Source: an uncultured Gammaproteobacteria bacterium
GTDB lineage: Bacteria > Patescibacteriota > Patescibacteriia > Magasanikbacterales > UBA922
Reading direction: 5' to 3'
Assembly: GCA_964349825.1 (NCBI GenBank)
Contig: CAYGHM010000002.1
Coordinates: forward strand, 620 to 64,619
Length of the DNA: 64,000 nt
Below, piece after piece: positions 18,176 through 27,543 of the stretch. Every line of letters begins with the position of its first letter. The stretch's first letter is position 1. Under the pieces are notes generated by a model. That model searched no databases. It saw only the letters and a program-made list of their open reading frames with translations, and was not told where the DNA came from. Both the position numbers and the translations under genes were made by a program.

Positions 18176-19633
18176 CTACTCTATTTCAACCCCAAAACGT
18201 CTATCCATCCGTAAGTCAGTATCTACCCTATATTCAGCATCACCCCAGTATTTTTCTGCCTCTGGCGGATTTGCCCCCCTAATACTTGTACCAAAATTGA
18301 GGCGGAGCGTCAAACCATGAGCAATAGTTCCTGCCTGTTTTTGAATAAATAATTGATAGTCTTTTTGAGCAATTTTTGTAGTCAATGCGTCAGGAAGCAC
18401 ATAGGTAAAGCGGAGTGTCTTGGTCTGCCCCGGTTCAATGGAGATAAAAGTACCAAACCACGTTTTATTCAATTCAACTCCCTGATCGACACGTCCTGCT
18501 TCGGAAGATTTATCTTTGAGCATGGACCCTTCAACAGATACCAGCTGTGCGCCCTGTGGTACATACACTCGTGCATATGTGCGATATCGCGATGTACGCC
18601 AATCAAATGACCCTGTATTCACATAGGTCATCGTTGCCACAGCCACATATTTTCCTTTTCCGTCTGGACGTAATTCATAGGCAAGCGATCGTTTCATTGC
18701 ATGATCAGTTTTGAGTGCAGCCAAATTGGCATCTACCCACTGAAGATAGTCCCCATCAAATTCTTTTACTTTTCCAGACCACCCAAATTCATCTATCTTT
18801 TTTTGCACGTCTTTTGTGTCTACTGATAAAACAATTTGTTTTTCATCAGCCATTTTTTTCATTTCTGCAATAAAATCATTCAAATCAAAAAATGCATGCA
18901 ATCGAACCTTGTGGAGTAATTCTGTCATGAACGGTTTTAGAATTTGTTTCCGAGTTTCAAATGGAATATCTCGATCACGGTATCCATATTCTACTTCATA
19001 TTCCAATTTTTCAGTTACGTTTTCTGCGGTAAATGTAATATCTTGTATGGTAATTGGTCCGGTAATGCGAAGCAAAGCCTCAACCACGGTTGGAGTAACA
19101 GCAATAACGCCATCAATATCTGCCGCGGCAACACCTGTTTCTGCAGCATATAATTCACGCACTTTTTTTGCGCTTTCACTAAAATCAGGCGACCAATTTG
19201 CATCACGAAAATACCACTTTGACACACCAAGGTGTTCTGTAAGTGGAAGTGGTGGAACAGGCTTCCACTCCGGCGGCGTCCGTCGATCCAATTCTTCGCT
19301 TCCTTCTACTGCAAGCATGTCCATTTTTCCCTTATCAAGATGCACGGCTGCATAGGCGCCGATAAAGCCACCACTTGGACGCATTTCGGTATTATTTTGA
19401 AATAAAAACAAATACGTTTGTGGTTCAGTAAAACCCAAAAGACGTGGCATAAGTGCTACCACCTCATTGTTTTCTTCTCCTGCGTATTTTTTTATCGTAT
19501 CAGACGCAACAATTTTTTCTACCGTGAGTGTGCGCAGTCCGGTATACACCATCCATACACCTACCCCGACCAATACCAATAATACAAGTAGTGCCCATGG
19601 CCAAATGCGTCGTTGTTTTTGGTCAATAAACAT
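18176..19633 (-). CDS. hypothetical membrane-anchored extracytoplasmic protein (possibly DUF4012-like)
   Basis: N-terminal TM WALLVLLVLVGVGVW followed by a large hydrophilic domain containing MRPSGGFIGAYA. The start was taken at MFIDQKQRR. No catalytic motif was recognised. Confidence 0.35.
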   Translation of the reverse strand: MFIDQKQRRIWPWALLVLLVLVGVGVWMVYTGLRTLTVEKIVASDTIKKYAGEENNEVVALMPRLLGFTEPQTYLFLFQNNTEMRPSGGFIGAYAAVHLDKGKMDMLAVEGSEELDRRTPPEWKPVPPLPLTEHLGVSKWYFRDANWSPDFSESAKKVRELYAAETGVAAADIDGVIAVTPTVVEALLRITGPITIQDITFTAENVTEKLEYEVEYGYRDRDIPFETRKQILKPFMTELLHKVRLHAFFDLNDFIAEMKKMADEKQIVLSVDTKDVQKKIDEFGWSGKVKEFDGDYLQWVDANLAALKTDHAMKRSLAYELRPDGKGKYVAVATMTYVNTGSFDWRTSRYRTYARVYVPQGAQLVSVEGSMLKDKSSEAGRVDQGVELNKTWFGTFISIEPGQTKTLRFTYVLPDALTTKIAQKDYQLFIQKQAGTIAHGLTLRLNFGTSIRGANPPEAEKYWGDAEYRVDTDLRMDRRFGVEIE

Positions 19634-19770
19634 AGTTAATGCTTTAATATTTCCGAATCTACAAATTTGCCCCAATCAACGAATTCTACTAATCTACCAA
19701 TTATAAAATGCTGAATATCTGTAGTTTTGTAGAATTTGTAGGTTAGGAAAAATTTGTAGATTCGGACGTA

Positions 19771-21258
19771 TTACTTTCTTTTTTTCTTAGAAACATTGAA
19801 TCCTAAATATTTACCAAACATCATATGTGTTACCGCATCAATAGCGGGAATTGCACTTACAAAAATCATAGAAATAGGAACTAGTACCCACTGTAATGCC
19901 ATAGTAATCATTTTATAGCGCGGTTCAGAATCGGGCATTTTTGGCAAAAGTGGAAAACTCAATACAGCGGTCATAAACAGTCCAACCATAGAAATAGTCA
20001 TGAGCGTTTCGAGCATGTGTGGCGCATTAAAATATAATGCCGTTTGGCGAACTTCCTCACCGGCCACCCACATAGGCAGACGACCAAGAATAGTAATGAT
20101 AATTGCCACCAAACACCATGACCATTTTCCTTCCCATTCCAAAAAAATATATTTTGCTTTTTTCCACAGAGGAATTTTATTTCCTTTTAAACGGAATTCC
20201 CACAATAAATACGGCACGTGTTCCACGCCCCACGCCCAACGGCGTTGTTGTTTGTACAAATTTTTAATACTCTGCCACCACGAATCATCACGCGGCGTAT
20301 CCATAGACACAGGAAGATACATCGGTGTAACAGAATAATCTCCATTATACGTCAAAAGACATTGATAAAAAATACGAGAATCCTCACTCACAATACGCTT
20401 ATCATGAAACCCGGCATCAACCAGTGCGCGAAAACTCAATGAATGCGATGAAAATGTCACTAGTCCGTCCTGACGCGCAAGCGAGGTAAGCATCCAGAAG
20501 GTGGTACCAAATGCCATAATACGCAATACCGCAGGCGACTCCCACATATTATTATTATACAAAGCAATCGGCTGATAAGAACTTCTCGTTGGATTTGAAT
20601 GCGTACAGTATAAATACGTGAGATACCCAAAATACTGTGGATGGCACACGGTATCAATATCAAAAATAGTCGCAATAATATCATCGTATTCCCAGCCTTT
20701 TTTATCAATATATTTTTTTGCTTCCCGTTCTGCATAATGAAGATTGGATCCTTTGCCCGGAATTTCTTCTTGCAAATGCATAGGATGACAGGTGCCAATA
20801 ATCGTTCCAAAGCTATCGCCGTAAGTCTGTTTTACCAATTGCAAAATATGTTCATGATGTGTTTTAGCCCGTTCTTCACCAGCAATGACAATTAAAAACT
20901 GTTCTTTGTCATACGCGGCGTCACAAACACTTTGTATCGCAGTATGCACAACATCCCACGTCTCATCATACAATGTCAAAAATACAACATGTCTTTTTTT
21001 CTTCCAATCCGGAATCTCATGAAATAATTTATCTTTCCAATCAAGGCGTCTAGCCACACGGAAACGAGTCCAGGCAACCGTAAGATAAAAGGCAAAATTA
21101 AGTACTTTTAATACCCAATAAATATCAAATACAATAATAAAATAGATCATCCATAGAGGACGAACGTACGCAAGAAATAAAGACAAAATAAGAGTCAACC
21201 AAATAGAAAGACCCGGGAGCACTTCGTACAACCGATACCGATGATAATCCGACAACAT
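19771..21258 (-). CDS. processive family-2 glycosyltransferase (cellulose/chitin-synthase-like) with multiple TM helices
   Basis: The QQRRWAWG (QxxRW) motif, D-rich loops (LYDETWD, IFDIDTV) and N- and C-terminal TM helices are present. Confidence 0.65.
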   Translation of the reverse strand: MLSDYHRYRLYEVLPGLSIWLTLILSLFLAYVRPLWMIYFIIVFDIYWVLKVLNFAFYLTVAWTRFRVARRLDWKDKLFHEIPDWKKKRHVVFLTLYDETWDVVHTAIQSVCDAAYDKEQFLIVIAGEERAKTHHEHILQLVKQTYGDSFGTIIGTCHPMHLQEEIPGKGSNLHYAEREAKKYIDKKGWEYDDIIATIFDIDTVCHPQYFGYLTYLYCTHSNPTRSSYQPIALYNNNMWESPAVLRIMAFGTTFWMLTSLARQDGLVTFSSHSLSFRALVDAGFHDKRIVSEDSRIFYQCLLTYNGDYSVTPMYLPVSMDTPRDDSWWQSIKNLYKQQRRWAWGVEHVPYLLWEFRLKGNKIPLWKKAKYIFLEWEGKWSWCLVAIIITILGRLPMWVAGEEVRQTALYFNAPHMLETLMTISMVGLFMTAVLSFPLLPKMPDSEPRYKMITMALQWVLVPISMIFVSAIPAIDAVTHMMFGKYLGFNVSKKKRK

Positions 21259-21383
21259 AAAAAATTATGGGTAGCGACGCGATTTATCGCGCCGTACCCA
21301 AAAATAACAACCACTCTTAGAAATAACGTAGATATCATACGTTAAAATCGCCAAAAAGTCTATCACATGAACACCGCCAATTC

Positions 21384-21412
21384 TTGACAAAAAACAATGT
21401 TCCTGATATGCT
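21384..21412 (+). promoter_or_regulatory. sigma70-type promoter TTGACA-N17-TATGCT for GC-rich cassette 2
   Basis: ttcTTGACAaaaaacaatgttccTGaTATGCT. Confidence 0.45.
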
Positions 21413-21518
21413 CTTCGATTCAGATGGCAGATCCAGGCCTATTGCCTCATGTCTCTGAAAGACAATTAAAAAATGATTCGTGGCATAGTACAAAAAAGGA
21501 GGTACTCTCCCGCGAATC

Positions 21519-22139
21519 ATGTCGAAACGCGGTCATCCTGACTCATTGACCCAGTCCAAGCAAGGATACACCATGTACACCAACCCCAGTGAATCTCTCG
21601 CCCTCATCCTCCGTACCATGGGAGGTATCGCCCTCGTGCGCCCTGCGCTACCTGTCGACAATATCGACGTTGCAAAGTACTTGCGCCAGCGTTGGGCAAT
21701 GACGACGCCATCGGTAGAAATCGTCGTGGCGAACGCCTCGGAAAGCGGTATCGAAATCACGATGGCGGGGATTGTCGGCAGGAGCCCACTCACCGCCTCG
21801 GTGGACATTATGCCGCTCCCGCAGTGGCAACCGATCCAGTCAGCAAGCACCATCCTCGCACGATGGCATTCGCGGATCGACGAACTCATCCTTCGGCTAC
21901 ATCCATCTCCCGTACCGACTGATCGGCTCGTCGCCGTCATCGACGACAAGCAAGCGCTTGTCGAGCTGGCTCGACGGGTGATGTTCGAGCTGAATCTGGA
22001 GATGGACTTCTTGCACAAGGCCAGCGATTTCCTCGACCGGCCTGGTGATGGTCTCATCATCGACCGCCATGGCAATATCACGGACATGCCCGTGATTCCC
22101 CGCTGCCTCAAGCACGAGTCGGTCCTTGCCTTGGGCTAG
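21519..22139 (+). CDS. GC-rich hypothetical protein (no recognisable domain)
   Basis: About 60% GC; a GGAGGT SD lies upstream; MYTNPSES is an alternative start. A terminator hairpin CCCCCGGTATGCTTCATCGCTGCCGGGGG plus T-run follows at about 22255-22290. Confidence 0.45.
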   Translation: MSKRGHPDSLTQSKQGYTMYTNPSESLALILRTMGGIALVRPALPVDNIDVAKYLRQRWAMTTPSVEIVVANASESGIEITMAGIVGRSPLTASVDIMPLPQWQPIQSASTILARWHSRIDELILRLHPSPVPTDRLVAVIDDKQALVELARRVMFELNLEMDFLHKASDFLDRPGDGLIIDRHGNITDMPVIPRCLKHESVLALG

Positions 22140-22328
22140 TAGTACTCTGTACTAGCCCGACCACCGCTCCTTCTTGAGAGTAGTTTCCCAACCCAGTGTC
22201 TTTTTTCCTGCCCTACCCTCCCGACGTAATGTCGGGGACCAAGGCGGACGTTCTACCCCCGGTATGCTTCATCGCTGCCGGGGGTTCGTCATTTTTATGC
22301 TTATTTTAGCGTAAATATGGCAAAAGTA

Positions 22329-22357
22329 TTGACAAAACTGCCGAATTATGATACACT
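22329..22357 (+). promoter_or_regulatory. sigma70-type promoter TTGACA-N17-TACACT (extended TG) for GC-rich cassette 3
   Basis: taTTGACAaaactgccgaattaTGaTACACT. Confidence 0.45.
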
Positions 22358-22571
22358 TTGCCGTTCGGTAAACAATGAAATTACCCCTTTGGGAGACCTT
22401 TCTTGTACCCGATGATCTTTGACAAGAGAATAATGTGTGAAAAATGATTTGTGGGATTTTCAGTTTCTTAGGGAGATTGAAAAACCCACAAATCGACGCA
22501 AGGCGCGTCCGAATGTGGTAACCCCTGCTGATCCGTTAAGTCGGATTGGCCATTGCTCAACGGAGCTCATC

Positions 22572-23186
22572 ATGAACGACTTGCAATTCGTCCTCAGTCG
22601 CGGCAACAAAATCTTCTTCGTCCGCCACAGCCTTGCCGCCCCGGCCGCTGAAGGCCAAGAAGATTTCAACCGTCCACTGACCCAGAAAGGCCGAGAGCTC
22701 GCCAAAAAGACCCGCAAGGAAATCGACCTGAGCAAGGTCGTCTACGTCGCCTACAACCCGGCCATTCGGTGCAAGGAAACGGCCGACGTGCTGATGGACG
22801 GCCTCAAGACGTCGCGTCTCTCCATGCCGCTCGCCTATGGCCTCCACCCGGATTCACCGGGACGGGAGGTGATTTTCCCGGTCTTCCTCCAAATCCGGGA
22901 TTCGTCCCTCGCCGACTACGCCAAACATGGCTGTGCGGAAGCCTTCACGCTGCATGCAACCACGATCCTCGGTTACATCAACAGCGTGTTGAACGACCTG
23001 CCCGAGCTGTACGGCGATCTCATGATCGTCACCCACGGCACCATGGCCGCGGCCCTCGCCCTGCACCTGGGCCAGGCGCTGAAATTCAACACCGATGAGG
23101 TGATGAACTTCAAGCCGACGGAGTGCATGGTGATCACGGTCAGCAAGGACGGCATCACCTGCCACGACTCGCAACTCGTAGACTAA
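22572..23186 (+). CDS. GC-rich histidine-phosphatase-superfamily protein (SixA/PGAM-like)
   Basis: IFFVRHSLAAP (RH-type catalytic motif) and THGTMAAAL. The start was taken at MNDLQF with a GGAG SD; the AT-rich 5-prime extension of ORF 22437.. is probably leader. Confidence 0.5.
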   Translation: MNDLQFVLSRGNKIFFVRHSLAAPAAEGQEDFNRPLTQKGRELAKKTRKEIDLSKVVYVAYNPAIRCKETADVLMDGLKTSRLSMPLAYGLHPDSPGREVIFPVFLQIRDSSLADYAKHGCAEAFTLHATTILGYINSVLNDLPELYGDLMIVTHGTMAAALALHLGQALKFNTDEVMNFKPTECMVITVSKDGITCHDSQLVD

Positions 23187-23314
23187 CGACATCATTAGTC
23201 TGGGTAGATACTCGCCTGACTACAATGATGATTGTTCACACAATCCCCCTCTTGTCGAACACCCCTGGTTGCACATGCACCCAGGGGTTTCGCTTTTTTA
23301 GAGACAAAAAAATA

Positions 23315-23347
23315 TCACCCTAATGTTTAGGATGATATTTTTTTATT
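23315..23347. terminator. bidirectional terminator hairpin between convergent genes
   Basis: aaaaaaATATCACCCTAAtgtTTAGGATGATATttttttt. Confidence 0.5.
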
Positions 23348-23361
23348 TAAAAACAAATTTT

Positions 23362-24786
23362 TTATAGAATAGTAACACATCCATTATTCGCATCGACTTC
23401 AACATACATACCGCTCTCCAATAATTTTGTTGCCACTTTGGTGCCGATCACACATGGCTTTTTCATCTCTCTCGCAATAATTGCTGCATGGCAAGTAATA
23501 CCACCTTCATCAGTGACAAACCCAGCAGCACGTTCCATGGCAGGCACCATATCGGGTGTCGTCATAGCAGCAACAATAATATCGCCAGCTTCAACCAACA
23601 AAAGATCTTTTTTATGTTTAATTTTTTTCACCTTTCCTCTCACGAGACCACGATACGCGACAGCCCCCTTAATTTCCTCTATTTCTTCTGCTTTATGGAG
23701 ATATGTTTCACGCCAAATTACTTCATCCTCTTTTCTGTCTGAGAATTGTACATTCCCCGGTTCAAGAGCGAGTAACGCAAACCAGTCATCACGACGAGAT
23801 TTTACATCTAAACCAATTGTTTTCCACTGAGCAAGTTCATCCGCACGCAAGGCAGAAATTTCCTCAAGTGTCACCCCCATTCGTTTTGCAATTTCTTCCA
23901 AAAGAGGTACGATCCGAGCATACGCGCATGCGAGATAATCGGTACGGCATGTACGAAAATAAACTATCTCTTTGGCAATCGTTACCACATGTCGAATGTC
24001 ATCATCAGCATGCAATGTGTTGAGCAACTCTTTCGACCGCTGTAAATGTATATTTACGTCCTCCTTCATTTCATGAAGTACTTTTTCGCAATCATTTTCC
24101 AATACCTGATTTAATCGCACGCGAACATCAGAAACATCCCACGCTGTACCACTTCCACCACGAATATTTGTCCACCCAAATTCCTGAGCATGGTCTTGTA
24201 AAAGCTGATCTAACTTATCAGATGGATTTTCCAACTCGCCTCGCTGAATCTGAGCGCCAATCTCAAGTAATGCATATTTTTCAACCGTCTGCACATTTAC
24301 CTTTTCAGGAAAACTAATAATTGCCAATTCCTCCTCAAGATCAGCTCTGTTTTTCAAAAAATCACGCAAACGATCTTCTATCGGAAATTGCAGGCCGTAT
24401 CCTGGCAATGTAACCGCAAACGTCTGAAACATTGTGAGAAAATTATCCCACATAGCCATGAGTTCACTGTCTTTTTTCGAAGTAAAATCATTTTTTTCTA
24501 TCTCTTTCGCATACGCAACCATCTTTTCACCATAGGTATATATTGTATCAAATACACCAGCAAGAAATCCCCGCTCCTCGGTTTCTTTTTTGAGTAATTT
24601 TTCAATAAGCTCAAAACTTTCCGGTCCGTACCACCATTCACCATTAAAATATCCGCAAGTAATATACGTATTATCAAGATGATACAGTGTCTTATAATGT
24701 TCAGGCGTTGAAAGTCCCCGAACATAAATGTCCGCAATCAAAACAGTGTATGGACGAGTAACAATAAGATTTAATTTGTTGTGCAT
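23362..24786 (-). CDS. PEP-utilising-enzyme swivel-domain protein, paralog 4 (unique N-terminal domain + C-terminal phosphohistidine domain)
   Basis: The C-terminus GDIIVAAMTTPDMVPAMERAAGFVTDEGGITCHAAIIAREMKKPCVIGT is the PEP-utilisers mobile domain with its catalytic His. Confidence 0.75.
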   Translation of the reverse strand: MHNKLNLIVTRPYTVLIADIYVRGLSTPEHYKTLYHLDNTYITCGYFNGEWWYGPESFELIEKLLKKETEERGFLAGVFDTIYTYGEKMVAYAKEIEKNDFTSKKDSELMAMWDNFLTMFQTFAVTLPGYGLQFPIEDRLRDFLKNRADLEEELAIISFPEKVNVQTVEKYALLEIGAQIQRGELENPSDKLDQLLQDHAQEFGWTNIRGGSGTAWDVSDVRVRLNQVLENDCEKVLHEMKEDVNIHLQRSKELLNTLHADDDIRHVVTIAKEIVYFRTCRTDYLACAYARIVPLLEEIAKRMGVTLEEISALRADELAQWKTIGLDVKSRRDDWFALLALEPGNVQFSDRKEDEVIWRETYLHKAEEIEEIKGAVAYRGLVRGKVKKIKHKKDLLLVEAGDIIVAAMTTPDMVPAMERAAGFVTDEGGITCHAAIIAREMKKPCVIGTKVATKLLESGMYVEVDANNGCVTIL

Positions 24787-24788
24787 AA

Positions 24789-26117
24789 TTAATTTTTAGT
24801 AAGAATGGTAATTTTTCCTATATGCGCATCTACCTCGACCAGGTCTCCGTCCTTCAAAACTTTTGTTCCAATCTTTGTCCCAATGATACACGGCTTATTC
24901 ATCTCTCGAGCGACAATTGCTGCATGCGATGTAATACCACCAATATCAGTGACAAATGCCGCAGCGCGACGCATACCCGTCAAAAAATCAGGTGTTGACA
25001 TGGCAGCGACGAGAATATCACCTTGTTCAATCTTCGCGCATTCTTTTGCATGAAGCACTACTTTTACTTTTCCAACTACTTTCCCCGGCTGCGCGCACAT
25101 CCCGGTGATTTCTGTTGGCCGCTCTTCTGTGCTCTTCACTTGTTCCTCTTTTCCTTCAAATAATTCAACAGCGCTATCAGTAATTTCCAAAATAAAATTA
25201 TTGCGTGTATCAAATTTCGGCTTGATGTACATGCGGCCGTGCAATACATTTTTTACCTCCTCAATGCGCATGTGTAATAATTCATCATACTGCACAATAT
25301 CGGCAAAACATATCATGACCATTTCTCGAAATAAATATGTGCCATAACAATTGGCTTCCCATTTTTCCGTACGCAATCGAAGAAGTTGCTCAGCATACCG
25401 GACAAATGGTGAATCAACTGCTTCCATTTCTTTTTGTTCTTCGGGTGCATGATGAAGACTATCACGAAGCATCACATACGCTTCAATAACGGTCCATGGA
25501 TGGCCTTTAAAATATTTCATCCCGAGGTATCCATATTTTTTACAAAACGTTTGCAGATCTTCTGTAAGAGAACTCGATAATTCATGTAATTCTTTTCCTT
25601 CCGTATCAAGCAATTCATCACGATATCTGTTTGCCAACTCCGTCAACAGCACTGATGCGCGTGTCGTATCTGTCACAGCAGAACGCATCGCATGCGGTGG
25701 AATACCTTGTCTCGTCAATTCAGCGCTCAACCCGGACTCCAAAACAAATCGCGCAATAGATCCGGTAGCTCGCATTGCTTCATCGAAATATTCATCAATA
25801 AGTTCGGGATGCTGACGCGCAGTATGGAGTTCTGTTTCAAATCTTTTTAAAAATGTTTTGAAGCGATCAAAAATAGTTTCAATCTCATGAATAAGATTAG
25901 TATATTGTTCATCCGTAAGAAGTTTCGTTCCCATTTCCGTATACTGCGCCAATGACCAATTGATATCCCCATTAATATGATTGTACTGAATATACGGATA
26001 CTGAAATGAAAAACCTAATTTCGTAAAATCGGTATATGTATAAATACCACTCAATACCAAATCCTGGGTCAATAAATCAGACCGATGGTTGACAATAATT
26101 TCCCAATCTCTTTGCAT
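24789..26117 (-). CDS. PEP-utilising-enzyme swivel-domain protein, paralog 3
   Basis: C-terminal GDILVAAMSTPDFLTGMRRAAAFVTDIGGITSHAAIVAREMNKPCIIGT; the N-terminal ~330 aa are unrelated in sequence to the other paralogs. Confidence 0.75.
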   Translation of the reverse strand: MQRDWEIIVNHRSDLLTQDLVLSGIYTYTDFTKLGFSFQYPYIQYNHINGDINWSLAQYTEMGTKLLTDEQYTNLIHEIETIFDRFKTFLKRFETELHTARQHPELIDEYFDEAMRATGSIARFVLESGLSAELTRQGIPPHAMRSAVTDTTRASVLLTELANRYRDELLDTEGKELHELSSSLTEDLQTFCKKYGYLGMKYFKGHPWTVIEAYVMLRDSLHHAPEEQKEMEAVDSPFVRYAEQLLRLRTEKWEANCYGTYLFREMVMICFADIVQYDELLHMRIEEVKNVLHGRMYIKPKFDTRNNFILEITDSAVELFEGKEEQVKSTEERPTEITGMCAQPGKVVGKVKVVLHAKECAKIEQGDILVAAMSTPDFLTGMRRAAAFVTDIGGITSHAAIVAREMNKPCIIGTKIGTKVLKDGDLVEVDAHIGKITILTKN

Positions 26118-26121
26118 ATAT

Positions 26122-27540
26122 CTACGCTTTAGTCAGCACTTTAATAGTCCCTTTACTCGCATCGACTTCTACTATATCCCCATCTTTCAATATAGTCGTC
26201 GCCACTTTGGTGCCTACAATACAAGGCACACCAAGCTCGCGAGAAACAATCGCCGCATGAGAAGTAAGTCCGCCAGTATCCGTGACAACGGCGCTTGCCT
26301 TTTTCATGATAAAAACATATTCAGGTGTTGTCATGGAAGTAACCAATACATCTCCATCATCAAACCCTACCACATTATGCGGATCAAGCACAATTTTTAC
26401 TTTCCCTGTCACCAGACCCTTTCCTTTACAGGCAATAATACCACTAAAATTTTCAGTACTAGCGTCTACTTGCACATCCACATAAAGTTTCCAGCCGTCG
26501 AGTGTTTCTGATGAGCCCAAAAACTGAACGGTGTTTTCACTTCCGTACACACCAAAAGCTTTCTTTCTCTCATTCGGATCAACAGCGACCGTACGACCAT
26601 TTAGTAGTTCAATAATTTCTGCCCCGGAACAATTCAATAACGTGTTCACATCGAACTGTGGCAAACGCTGTGCTGCCTCAACAAGCAAAATATGCTTATA
26701 ATGCAAATAAATCCAGATATCTTTTTTTCGTGTATCCTGCCATACGATTGCGTCGGTAATCGCTTCTGCAATTGCCATAACTGAATCAGGCAATTTATAT
26801 TCTTCCTGTGTTTCAATTTTTTGCTGACGCACGAGAGCCAATCTTTCCTCTACCTCTTTTCGTATATCCAGAGAAAGTGTTTTTTTTCTTTCTGCAAAAA
26901 ATTCTACTGGCAATACTTCTACATTGGCATAACTATTTCGCAACCAAAAATATTTTTGTTGATGTACAGCAATATCATCCGTCTCGACCAAATCGATTTC
27001 TTCTTCCTGATAAAATGATTTTCCTTCAGGGGCAGTCAATATTTCCATGACATGCATCATCTGTTCTTCTGGAACAAACGGAACAAGCGAACGACGCAAT
27101 ACATCACTTGATCCATAGTTTGATAATTCTGGCAGAATGGCATATACCCAAAATGTCTTCAATAATTTTCCAAAACGTAATAACACATCTTGAAAGGCTT
27201 CGAATGATAAAAGGGACAAGTCAGTAGCGCCAATCTCTTGATTAAGCATGGTAAAATCATGATGTGCCACCATCCACTGTGCGCGAACAGACTCTCGTTT
27301 CTCACGTGGAAGCATCATTTCCAGAAACAGTTTTTCTCCATTTCGCTGCAATGCATCAGCTTCATGCATCCACACCATTCGATTCTCTTTAAATAAAGCT
27401 AAAAAATCTGGCCATCCATATCCAGGAAATTCCTCTGGATAGTCAATAAAAAAAACATCAAAACAATCTGCATAATAAATGTAGAATGGCGTAGGCCCCC
27501 ATTTGAAAATTTCTTTATGTGGATCAAGGTATTGTTTCAT
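26122..27540 (-). CDS. PEP-utilising-enzyme swivel-domain protein, paralog 2
   Basis: C-terminal GDVLVTSMTTPEYVFIMKKASAVVTDTGGLTSHAAIVSRELGVPCIVGT. Confidence 0.75.
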   Translation of the reverse strand: MKQYLDPHKEIFKWGPTPFYIYYADCFDVFFIDYPEEFPGYGWPDFLALFKENRMVWMHEADALQRNGEKLFLEMMLPREKRESVRAQWMVAHHDFTMLNQEIGATDLSLLSFEAFQDVLLRFGKLLKTFWVYAILPELSNYGSSDVLRRSLVPFVPEEQMMHVMEILTAPEGKSFYQEEEIDLVETDDIAVHQQKYFWLRNSYANVEVLPVEFFAERKKTLSLDIRKEVEERLALVRQQKIETQEEYKLPDSVMAIAEAITDAIVWQDTRKKDIWIYLHYKHILLVEAAQRLPQFDVNTLLNCSGAEIIELLNGRTVAVDPNERKKAFGVYGSENTVQFLGSSETLDGWKLYVDVQVDASTENFSGIIACKGKGLVTGKVKIVLDPHNVVGFDDGDVLVTSMTTPEYVFIMKKASAVVTDTGGLTSHAAIVSRELGVPCIVGTKVATTILKDGDIVEVDASKGTIKVLTKA

Positions 27541-27543
27541 AAA

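Noticed and set aside
21533-22111. 192-aa minus-strand ORF and short ORFs (21648-21830, 21692-21922, 21772-21981, 21897-22115) in cassette 2
   Set aside because: Arg/Ser-rich antisense or out-of-frame products of the GC-rich segment. The promoter points to the plus strand.
22460-23195. Overlapping ORFs 22460-22735(-), 22557-22847(-), 22769-23098(+), 22854-23195(-) and 22973-23158(-) in cassette 3
   Set aside because: All overlap the SixA-like plus-strand gene. Their compositions (R/P/G-rich) are typical GC-skew artefacts.
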